50,883 nt of DNA from Poseidonibacter sp. Its GTDB lineage: Bacteria; Campylobacterota; Campylobacteria; Campylobacterales; Arcobacteraceae. The position numbers and the translations under genes are program-made. The stretch is taken from NCBI GenBank assembly GCA_048267945.1, contig JBLWWO010000001.1, positions 1 to 50,883 of the forward strand, written 5' to 3'. Under the pieces are notes generated by a model that saw nothing but the letters and a program-made list of their open reading frames with translations, was not told the origin of the DNA and ran no database searches. How positions within the stretch are numbered: the first letter of the stretch is position 1; each line of letters starts with the position of its first letter. Of the stretch, positions 9,276 through 17,633 are shown piece by piece.

Positions 9276-10454
9276 ATGGCTTATCAACCACAATTTAAAG
9301 TAAAAGCAACTTATATGAGAGGTGGTACTTCAAAAGGTACTTTCTTTAATATTGCAGATTTACCAAAAGAAGCACAAGAAGATGGTGCAAAAAGAGATAA
9401 ATTACTTCAAAGAATTGTAGGTTCTCCTGATGTTTATAAAAAACAAATGGATGGTATGGGAGGAGCTTCTTCTTCTACTTCAAAAGCTATTTTAGTTGGA
9501 AAATCAGATGTTCCTAATCATGATGTAGATTACTACTTCTGCCAAGTTGCAATTGACAAAGATTTTGTTGATATGAGTGGAAACTGTGGAAACTTATCTT
9601 CTGCTGTTGGACCGTTTGCAATTACGGAAGGTTTAGTTGACAACGTTCCTGAAAATGGTGTTTGTTGTGTAAGAATCTGGCAAGCAAATATCAAAAAAAC
9701 TATTCTTTGTTACGTTACTATGGAAAATGGTATTGTAAAAGAAATGGGTGATTACGAAATTGATGGTGTTGCTTTCCCTGCGGAAGAGATTCAATTAGAG
9801 TTCGTTGAACCAGTTGATCCAAGTGAAGAGTTATTCCCTACTGGAAATTTAGTAGATGATTTAGAGGTTGAAGGTGTTGGTACATTTAAAGCTACTATGA
9901 TTACTGCTGGTATTCCTACAGTCTTTGTAAATGCTGAAGAGATTGGATACAAAGGTACTGAACTTCAAGGTGATATTAACTCTGACACTGAAGCATTAGC
10001 TAGATTTGAAAAAATTAGAATTGCAGGTGCACTTAAAATGGGTGTTATGAAAGATGCTTCTGATGCATTAACTCAACAACACACACCAAAGATTGCTTTT
10101 GTTTCACCTGCACAAGACTTTACTACTTCATCGGGTAAAGAAGTTAAAGCTTCAGAGATGGATTTACATGTAAGAGCATTATCAATGCAACAATTACACC
10201 ATGCTATGATGGGAACTGCTTCTGTTGCTATTGGTGTTGCTGCTTGTATCCCTGGAACTTTAGTAAATATAGCTTCTGGTGGTGGAGAGAAAGAAACTGT
10301 TACTTTTGGTCACCCAAGTGGTGCTATTAAAGTAGGAGCTGCTTTATCTCAAAATGATGGTAAATACATCGTTGAGAAAGCCTCTATGTCTAGATCTGCT
10401 AGAATTATCATGGATGGTAATGTTCATGTTCCTGCAGGAACTATGGATAAGTAA
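9276..10454 (+). CDS. prpF: 2-methylaconitate cis-trans isomerase
   Basis: YMRGGTSKG, GNCGNLSSAVG, LHHAMMGT and FGHPSG motifs. Confidence 0.96.
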   Translation: MAYQPQFKVKATYMRGGTSKGTFFNIADLPKEAQEDGAKRDKLLQRIVGSPDVYKKQMDGMGGASSSTSKAILVGKSDVPNHDVDYYFCQVAIDKDFVDMSGNCGNLSSAVGPFAITEGLVDNVPENGVCCVRIWQANIKKTILCYVTMENGIVKEMGDYEIDGVAFPAEEIQLEFVEPVDPSEELFPTGNLVDDLEVEGVGTFKATMITAGIPTVFVNAEEIGYKGTELQGDINSDTEALARFEKIRIAGALKMGVMKDASDALTQQHTPKIAFVSPAQDFTTSSGKEVKASEMDLHVRALSMQQLHHAMMGTASVAIGVAACIPGTLVNIASGGGEKETVTFGHPSGAIKVGAALSQNDGKYIVEKASMSRSARIIMDGNVHVPAGTMDK

Positions 10455-10479
10455 TCCTTCTATTTCTTCTAAATTATTT

Positions 10480-10513
10480 AAAAAGGTCTAGATTTTTATC
10501 TAGGCCTTTTTTT
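10480..10513 (+). terminator. Intrinsic terminator of prp operon
   Basis: AAAAGGTCTAGAT-ttt-TATCTAGGCCTTTT followed by a T-run. Confidence 0.8.
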
Positions 10514-10577
10514 ATTTATAAACTATTTATAAAAAACGGATAATATAAAAGAGATAACTTGAATTGAGGAAAAGAAG

Positions 10578-11582
10578 ATGAATAAAGCATTTGATTTCAA
10601 CCCCTATGAAGCATTAAAATCAATACTTGAAGCAACGTCATTACATATAGGGAAAAATTTTATAAAATCTGCGGCAGATGAAATTAAAAAACTTTATAAA
10701 GCAGACTTAGTATTTATAACTAAAGCCATAAACTTCAATCCAACTACAAAAGTTGAAGTATTGTATGCAACAGATAAAAAAATACCAAAAGAATTTGAAT
10801 TAGTTGGTACACCATGTGAATTAGTATTTGAAAATAAAATTGTAGAAATTTATGAAAATGTAAATAAGGACTTTTATAAAGAGAAATCTACAGATTTTCA
10901 AAGTTTTTACGGTATCCCAATAAATAATAAAACAAATGAATGTATTGGACATATCTCAATATTCTCAAAAGAAAAAAGAAAATTAGCAAAAGAACTAGAA
11001 GATATTGCAATAATTTATTCATGTAAAATTGAAAGAGAAATCTTTAGATTAGAACTTGAGATGGAAAATGAAAAGATTAGAAAAGAGCTAGAAAAACTTA
11101 CAATAACCGACCCACTAACTAATACTTATAATAGACGACATTTTATTAACTCATGTTCTGACTTATTCCAACAAGTAAAAAGATGTGATATCAAAGCAAC
11201 ACTTGCATATATAGATATTGATGATTTTAAAAAAATTAATGATAGATTTGGACATGATGGGGGAGATAAAGTTTTAATAGAATTCTCAAATATTTTAAAA
11301 AAACAAACAAGAAAAGGAATTGATAAGATTTATAGAATTGGTGGAGAAGAGTTCTGTATTCTTAGTATTAATGCTACTTTAGATTCTACATATTTACATT
11401 TAAATAGATTAATGAAAAATTCTAATAAATATTTTGAGAATAGTCAATATGGAAAAATAACATTAAGTGTTGGACTAGTTGAGTTTACAAAAGAGCTTGA
11501 GAATTTTAATGACTTAGTAAATATAGCAGACAAAAAAATGTATGAAGCAAAAAAAAGTGGAAAAAATACAATAGTAAAATAA
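10578..11582 (+). CDS. GAF-GGDEF diguanylate cyclase
   Basis: GAF-like N-terminus (GTPCELV, SFYGIPI), TDPLT, DIDDFKKIND and RIGGEEF. Confidence 0.9.
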   Translation: MNKAFDFNPYEALKSILEATSLHIGKNFIKSAADEIKKLYKADLVFITKAINFNPTTKVEVLYATDKKIPKEFELVGTPCELVFENKIVEIYENVNKDFYKEKSTDFQSFYGIPINNKTNECIGHISIFSKEKRKLAKELEDIAIIYSCKIEREIFRLELEMENEKIRKELEKLTITDPLTNTYNRRHFINSCSDLFQQVKRCDIKATLAYIDIDDFKKINDRFGHDGGDKVLIEFSNILKKQTRKGIDKIYRIGGEEFCILSINATLDSTYLHLNRLMKNSNKYFENSQYGKITLSVGLVEFTKELENFNDLVNIADKKMYEAKKSGKNTIVK

Positions 11583-11587
11583 AGATA

Positions 11588-13714
11588 CTAAAGTGGTATC
11601 TCTATTTTAAACTCTTCACCTATATAGTGATTATTTTCATAATCATATTCAATAGTTTTATTTGATAATTTACCATTAAAATGCTTTTTGATTATTTCAT
11701 TTGACATATATAATCCTAAACCTGTACCTTGACTTTGATGTTTAGTTGTAAAATATGGTTCATATATCTTTTCTGTAACCTCTTGATCTATTCCCCCAGC
11801 ATTGTCATAAATACTTAATGTTAAGACTTTATTTTCAACACTAGTTTTCATGAAAATATAATTTTCTTCTTTGTCCATTATACTTTTTTCACTTAAAGCA
11901 TCTTTTGAATTATTTATTATATTTATTACTACTTGCATTAATTCGAATTTATAACCACTTATGTATATATCATCCAGATTCAGTATTAAATTAATATTAC
12001 TAGACTTATATGACGATTCAAAGATTACTAAATTTTCTTTAATAGCTTCACTAATAGAGAATTTTTCAATTTCATTATTTGGATTAAAGAAGTACCTAAA
12101 CTTATCAATAATTGAAGATAAATAATCTACAGTACCCAGAAGTTTATTTATATCTTTTACTGTTGAATCTTTATCTAAAGTATTTAGTTGTAATTGCATA
12201 CTAATAGTTGATGCAATAACACTAATTACAGTTAAAGGCTGTCTCCATTGATGAGCAATATTACCAATCATCTCTCCCATTGAAGCCAGTTTTGATTGTT
12301 GATATAACATTCTTTCTTTTTGTTGGTTTTCATTTTGCAGAACAATTAAATCATTAATATCTGTATGGAAACCAGTAAACCTACTTTGATTGTGTGTTGA
12401 ATCATAAAATAATTTACCTCGTATTTTAATCCATGAAAAAGATCCATTTTTACATTTAAATCTATATTCACTTTCAAATACTTCTGTTTTTCCAGATAAA
12501 TGTTCTTTTAAAGCAATCATTGTTTTTTCATAATCATCTTTATGAATACTTTTTTGCCAAAAGCTTTTGAAAGTTTGTATTTCATTACTTTCGTAACCTA
12601 ACATTGTTAAAAATCTTGGAGAATAGAATATCTTTTTATTTTTTAAATCAATATCCCATAATCCATCTTGAACTCCATCAATAGCCCTTGAATATTGTTC
12701 TTTTACATCTCTTAACTCAGAAATAATTCCTTTTAATTCATAAGCAAATTTATCAAATTCTAAAACTTTTGTATTTTCATATTTAATACTTTTATCATCT
12801 TTTACTTTGTATGCATAATTAAGAAGTTTAGAAAAAGGTTTAATAATAAACTTATTTGACAAATAATATAAAAGAATAAAACAAAAAATTAGGAAAAGTA
12901 AAAGAACAAAAGCTTGATGAAGAAATGATTCTTTTAAAATATCAAAAGAGTTATTCTTTGAAACATATACAATATTCAAATATTTTTTATCGAAAATCTC
13001 ATACCACATACTTGAATATATTGTTCTATCTTCAACAGCAATATTATTCTGATAAAAAACTGTTAGGTCAATTTCTTCATTATTCTGAGTTGAAGCAATA
13101 ATATTATTATCAAAAAATATATGAATATCAACAATTTTAGATTTAGTTTTTATATCATCAAGTAAAGTAAAATTGTTATTAAATATTTTGGCCGCATAGA
13201 TAATAGCTTGTACTCGTCCAGTGCTATTATCTACAATCTTTTTTGTACTTATCATCAAAACAATATCTTCATTATTAACTTTTATATTAATGATTTTATT
13301 ATTAATTGAAGATTCCATTTTTCTAATTTCTTCTATTATAGCTTCAGTATCAAATAAAGAATTACTAGAATCATAAACTTTACCATTTTTCTTGAAAAAG
13401 AGTAAATCAATACTATCTATATAAGACAAAGTTTCTAGTTTATAAGTAATAGTGTCAGGATTATCTAAATCTTTTGTATGTTCGAACTCTTTTGATATCT
13501 TTGATATGATATTATCAAGATCATTTTGTTCATTTTCTATAATTAGTTTAGTAATATTGTATGTTTGATTAAAGTAGTCGTCTATATTTTTATCTACTAC
13601 TTTTTGAGTATTAATATATGTTGAAAAAAGTACAGCAATACTTAATACAATAAAAAATACTAAAAGTAGTAAACTATTTAATAAAGATAAAGATAATTTT
13701 TTATTTGTTATCAT
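11588..13714 (-). CDS. Sensor histidine kinase: LuxQ-like periplasmic domain, PAS/PAC, HisKA and HATPase; no receiver domain
   Basis: Two TM helices flank a periplasmic region resembling LuxQ (IVDNSTGRV...NNNFTLL); PAS (DGLWD...IHKDD); H-box AHQWRQPL; DNAGGI and GTGLGL; protein ends after HATPase. Confidence 0.85.
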   Translation of the reverse strand: MITNKKLSLSLLNSLLLLVFFIVLSIAVLFSTYINTQKVVDKNIDDYFNQTYNITKLIIENEQNDLDNIISKISKEFEHTKDLDNPDTITYKLETLSYIDSIDLLFFKKNGKVYDSSNSLFDTEAIIEEIRKMESSINNKIINIKVNNEDIVLMISTKKIVDNSTGRVQAIIYAAKIFNNNFTLLDDIKTKSKIVDIHIFFDNNIIASTQNNEEIDLTVFYQNNIAVEDRTIYSSMWYEIFDKKYLNIVYVSKNNSFDILKESFLHQAFVLLLFLIFCFILLYYLSNKFIIKPFSKLLNYAYKVKDDKSIKYENTKVLEFDKFAYELKGIISELRDVKEQYSRAIDGVQDGLWDIDLKNKKIFYSPRFLTMLGYESNEIQTFKSFWQKSIHKDDYEKTMIALKEHLSGKTEVFESEYRFKCKNGSFSWIKIRGKLFYDSTHNQSRFTGFHTDINDLIVLQNENQQKERMLYQQSKLASMGEMIGNIAHQWRQPLTVISVIASTISMQLQLNTLDKDSTVKDINKLLGTVDYLSSIIDKFRYFFNPNNEIEKFSISEAIKENLVIFESSYKSSNINLILNLDDIYISGYKFELMQVVINIINNSKDALSEKSIMDKEENYIFMKTSVENKVLTLSIYDNAGGIDQEVTEKIYEPYFTTKHQSQGTGLGLYMSNEIIKKHFNGKLSNKTIEYDYENNHYIGEEFKIEIPL

Positions 13715-14801
13715 CAGATGTATACCTGAATGCCCTTTTTTTCAGTTTTTCTAATTCTTCTTCTTTTATTCCTCTTTTAACAAGAGCAAAATCACCTGAG
13801 AAAATAGTTGGTATTTTATCTGTACTATTTTCTAAATCAAGCTTAATACCTTCAGCCATAGCTACACCATTATCATCATTCATTCTCATAACAGTAACAT
13901 CCATGAATCCATCTTGAATAGCTTTTAATTCGCTATTTCCTCCACCCCAACCATTTACTAAGACTTTTCCTATTAAATTTTTCTCTTTAAGCGCTTCTAC
14001 AACACCTAATGCAATATCAGTTGAACAAGCATAAATAAATTTAACATCTAGATCAATTTTAAGTAAATCTAATGTTGCTAATCTAGCTTTGTCTTTACTT
14101 GTATTTGTATAGTATTCATGTACGACTTTTAAGTCTGAATTCTTTGATACATAATCAATAAATTTTGTACCTCTCATATATCCAATATAACCATTTGACG
14201 TATATAAAACAGCATATTTACCTTGTCCATTTGTTTTTTTGATATAGTAATCAGCTAACATTTGACTACCAAGCATATGATCAAATCCTACATATAAAAA
14301 AGGTTGATTTTTTTGCCATTTTCGTAAAGGTGTTGTGATATTTTGAAGAATTAATTTTGGTTTTTCTCTACTCATAATTCTTTCAATAAATTTAGCGTGT
14401 TTACTAGCATCTAATACAAATACTAAATAGTCTGTATTATCTTTGATTGCTTTTAAAAGTAGTTTTGATTGAACTCTTGTTTCCACATGAGGTTTTGTGA
14501 AATGAAGAACTAATTCATAGTTAATTCCAAGTTCATTAAGTCGTTTCTCAAATGAAACTTTACTTTTCATCCAATAGTCGGTTAATTGTTTACCAGGGTA
14601 AACTAAAACTATTCTGATCTTCTTATTCTCTTGTTTAATTTTTACTGCATCTTTTTGAATTTGTGCAATAAAATCATTGCTGATTTTCTCTTGATTTGTA
14701 AACTCTATGTACTCATCAATAGCAAAATAATCTGAATTACCTGCATTTAAAATATTAAATGCACACATTAAAATAATTAATTTGAAAATGTAATGTTTCA
14801 T
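13701..14801 (-). CDS. luxP: Autoinducer-2-binding periplasmic protein, LuxP-like
   Basis: Signal peptide; YPGKQLTDYW, LQNITTP, YVGFDH, ACSTDIALG, NGWGGG and VTVMRMNDD match Vibrio LuxP motifs as recalled; ATG at 14801 has AGGT SD. Confidence 0.88.
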   Translation of the reverse strand: MKHYIFKLIILMCAFNILNAGNSDYFAIDEYIEFTNQEKISNDFIAQIQKDAVKIKQENKKIRIVLVYPGKQLTDYWMKSKVSFEKRLNELGINYELVLHFTKPHVETRVQSKLLLKAIKDNTDYLVFVLDASKHAKFIERIMSREKPKLILQNITTPLRKWQKNQPFLYVGFDHMLGSQMLADYYIKKTNGQGKYAVLYTSNGYIGYMRGTKFIDYVSKNSDLKVVHEYYTNTSKDKARLATLDLLKIDLDVKFIYACSTDIALGVVEALKEKNLIGKVLVNGWGGGNSELKAIQDGFMDVTVMRMNDDNGVAMAEGIKLDLENSTDKIPTIFSGDFALVKRGIKEEELEKLKKRAFRYTSDDNK

Positions 14802-14881
14802 GGGAGCCACCTATTTTTAAGTTAAGTTCCAATTATTATAACATAACAAATTAATTTTTTTAATGATTAATAATAAAGCCT

Positions 14882-15424
14882 TTATTTTACTAGGCTAGAT
14901 ATTTGCTTAAATACTGGATTTTTTGCATTAACAGTTAGCTCAAATAAAATTGACTCATAAGTAGTTGGAACTACACCAGCTTGAATCAATCTTTCAAGTG
15001 CCATATCAGTATCTCTTTGTTTTCTAGATGTTACACAATCTGTAACTAATACAGGTTGTAATCCAGCTTCTAATAAATCAATACAAGTTTGTAAAACACA
15101 AACATGAGTTTCAATACCAGCAACAATTACATATTTTTTTCCTGCATTTTTAATAGCTTCCATTGTTGGTTCATTTTTACAACAAGAAAAAGTAGTTTTT
15201 TCAAAGTGAGGATCTGCATCAACAAACTCTCGCAAACTTGGAATTGTTTCACCTATTCCTTTTTTGTATTGCTCATTTACAATAAATGGAACTTCCAAAG
15301 TCTTAAGACCTTTTACTAGTGTTACTAAGTTTTTCTCAATTTCATCTTTGTTTGTCATATAAGGGTAAAGTCTATCTTGTACATCAACTAAACAAAATAG
15401 TGTTTCTTCTACATTAATTCTCAT
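14882..15424 (-). CDS. Isochorismatase-family cysteine hydrolase (YcaC-like)
   Basis: LVDVQ, EKTTFSC and GIETHVCVLQT motifs. Confidence 0.9.
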   Translation of the reverse strand: MRINVEETLFCLVDVQDRLYPYMTNKDEIEKNLVTLVKGLKTLEVPFIVNEQYKKGIGETIPSLREFVDADPHFEKTTFSCCKNEPTMEAIKNAGKKYVIVAGIETHVCVLQTCIDLLEAGLQPVLVTDCVTSRKQRDTDMALERLIQAGVVPTTYESILFELTVNAKNPVFKQISSLVK

Positions 15425-15524
15425 TTGCTCTCCTTAATTTATATGTAACCATCATACTAAAAAATATATTTAAATTTCTTGGAAAATATTGCTAATTTGA
15501 GTTTTTTGGAAGATTTGAAGTAAG

Positions 15525-15551
15525 TATTAAGAGGAGAAAATCCTCTTAATA
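15525..15551 (-). terminator. Hairpin downstream of hemC
   Basis: TATTAAGAGGA-gaaaa-TCCTCTTAATA perfect 11-bp stem. Confidence 0.6.
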
Positions 15552-15559
15552 TAAGTGGT

Positions 15560-16498
15560 TTATTTAAAAGCTACTTTTTCAGCTTTTTCTAGAAGTTCTT
15601 TTGCACCTTTTGAGATGAACTCTTTTGCAAGATTGATTCCAGCAGTTTCATAGTCTTCAATAGATACTTTGATATCATCTTTGATAATCTCAGTTCCATC
15701 AGGCATTCCAACGATTGCTTGAAGTCTAATTTCTTTATCATCTAAAATTGTTGCTTTTACACCAATTGGCACTTGACACCCACCTTGTAATGTATCAACA
15801 AAAGATCTTTCAATTGTAGATTCAATATGTGCATCTTTATCATTTAATACAGATACAATTTTTTTAATCTCTTCATTTGAAGTAACTTCAATTCCTAAAG
15901 TTGCTTGTCCCATTGAAGGAATCATTAAATCAGTTGAAATAGGTGTGAAATATTTTACTTCATTTTCAATTCCTAGTTTTTGAACCCCTGTAGTTGCAAG
16001 AATAATTGCATCATACTCACCAGCATTTAACTTAGCAATTCTAGTATTGATATTTCCTCTTAAATCTAAAAGTTCAATATCAGGTCTGATTAGTTTAATT
16101 GCCATTCTTCTTCTTAAACTTGTAGTACCAATAACAGCACCTTGAGGTAAGTCTTCAAAAGAAGCATATTTATTGCTTAATAAAGCATCTCTTGCATCAA
16201 ATCTTTTTGTTACAGCTCCAAGCTCTAATCCCTCTTCAAATTGAGTAGGTACATCTTTTAATGAGTGAACAGCAATATGGGCATCACCATTTAACATAGC
16301 AAGTTCAAGTTCTTTAGTAAAAAGACCTTTCCCACCAATTTTTGCTAAAGGAACATCAAGGATTTTATCACCTTTTGTTACGAACTCTTGAAGTTCAACT
16401 TCCATATCTGGGTAATGCTCTTGTAATTTAGCTTTAATATATTCACTTTGCCATAATGCTAATTGACTTCTTCTTGTTGCAATAACTAATTTTTCCAT
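15560..16498 (-). CDS. hemC: Hydroxymethylbilane synthase (porphobilinogen deaminase)
   Basis: ATRRSQLALWQ, GGKGLFTKELE, HSLKDVP and GGCQVPIG. Confidence 0.97.
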   Translation of the reverse strand: MEKLVIATRRSQLALWQSEYIKAKLQEHYPDMEVELQEFVTKGDKILDVPLAKIGGKGLFTKELELAMLNGDAHIAVHSLKDVPTQFEEGLELGAVTKRFDARDALLSNKYASFEDLPQGAVIGTTSLRRRMAIKLIRPDIELLDLRGNINTRIAKLNAGEYDAIILATTGVQKLGIENEVKYFTPISTDLMIPSMGQATLGIEVTSNEEIKKIVSVLNDKDAHIESTIERSFVDTLQGGCQVPIGVKATILDDKEIRLQAIVGMPDGTEIIKDDIKVSIEDYETAGINLAKEFISKGAKELLEKAEKVAFK

Positions 16499-16502
16499 AC
16501 TT

Positions 16503-17339
16503 CTATTTTCCTAATGTCTCAAATTTTAATCTTGTATTATCTTTTACACCATTAACAAAAATTGACGGTGTACCACTAACCATAACGTCTTTACCCATTT
16601 TGATATCAGAATTTAATGCACTTTTTACTTTATAAATTGAAATATCTTTTAAAGTGATATTTGTTTTAAATTCAGTGTTAAATGCTTTTAAAATCTTTGC
16701 TTCATCTCTTTCATTAGATTTGAAGTATTTATCCCAATCCATCTCATAAACTCTTAATTCAAGGTTTTTGATATTTTGATGTTTAGCAACTTCCATTATT
16801 TTTGATAAAGGACCTGCTGCTGGGTGTAATTTTAACAAAGGATAATGATAATAGTATAATGCAATTTTATTACTATTTTTATTCACATACTTTATTACAT
16901 CTGGGATATAATCCATACAAAATGGACATAAAGGATCAGAGAAAACTACTAGTTTATCTTTTGCTTTATGATTTCCAGCAATTAACTTAGATTTATCATA
17001 ATAATTAGCTGTCAAATTTGGAGTTACAATATCTTTTAAAGATTTTCCAGTTTTAGCATCTAATAAATCAAGAGCGATATACTCTCCATCAGAGAAAAGT
17101 ACATCTTTTGCATTAATTACTTTATTAGATTTAACCTTTGCTTCTACATCTAAGATGTACCCATTCCAACCTTTTACTGGTAATTCTTTTTTTGTAGCTA
17201 TTTCTACATTTAGAACTTCAATATCAGGGTTCTTTTCTAATCTATTTATTTCAAAATCTATTACATTGTCATCAGCATTTGCAAATAAAAAAGTTGAGCA
17301 TAAAATGGACGAACATAATAATTTAAAAGCTATCTTCAT
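16503..17339 (-). CDS. DsbA/DsbK-like periplasmic thioredoxin-fold protein
   Basis: Signal peptide, FSDPLCPFC active site, GTPSIFVNG cis-Pro loop. Confidence 0.88.
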   Translation of the reverse strand: MKIAFKLLCSSILCSTFLFANADDNVIDFEINRLEKNPDIEVLNVEIATKKELPVKGWNGYILDVEAKVKSNKVINAKDVLFSDGEYIALDLLDAKTGKSLKDIVTPNLTANYYDKSKLIAGNHKAKDKLVVFSDPLCPFCMDYIPDVIKYVNKNSNKIALYYYHYPLLKLHPAAGPLSKIMEVAKHQNIKNLELRVYEMDWDKYFKSNERDEAKILKAFNTEFKTNITLKDISIYKVKSALNSDIKMGKDVMVSGTPSIFVNGVKDNTRLKFETLGK

Positions 17340-17351
17340 AAAATATTTCCT

Positions 17352-17633
17352 TTAACTTCTAGATTTAACTGTAATTTTCTTAACATCAAGTAACTCTTTT
17401 GCTTTGTTAAGCATAGGAGAGTTAATAATATCGTTTAATTGTAACTCTTTTTGTGAAAGAGTTGGTTTAGCTGTCTTATGCATATCTGCAACACAACCAG
17501 AACCCACTTCAACATCTTCAATCATAGAACCAGAATCATTAGAATTATTATTCTCTATTGGTGCTTCATCTTGAATACTTTGTTTTACTTCCTCAACGGG
17601 GGCTTGAATGACCTTTTTAGGTTTAAGCTTGTC
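17352..17633 (-). CDS. dnaX: +1-frame continuation of dnaX (tau C-terminal 93 aa), not in ORF track
   Basis: Open +1 frame from 17654 to TAA at 17352: DKLKPKKVIQAPVEEV...SMIEDVEVGSGCV...DILNSPMLNKAKELLDVKKITVKSRS; stop lies directly before the dsbA SD. Confidence 0.7.
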   Translation of the reverse strand, partial: DKLKPKKVIQAPVEEVKQSIQDEAPIENNNSNDSGSMIEDVEVGSGCVADMHKTAKPTLSQKELQLNDIINSPMLNKAKELLDVKKITVKSRS

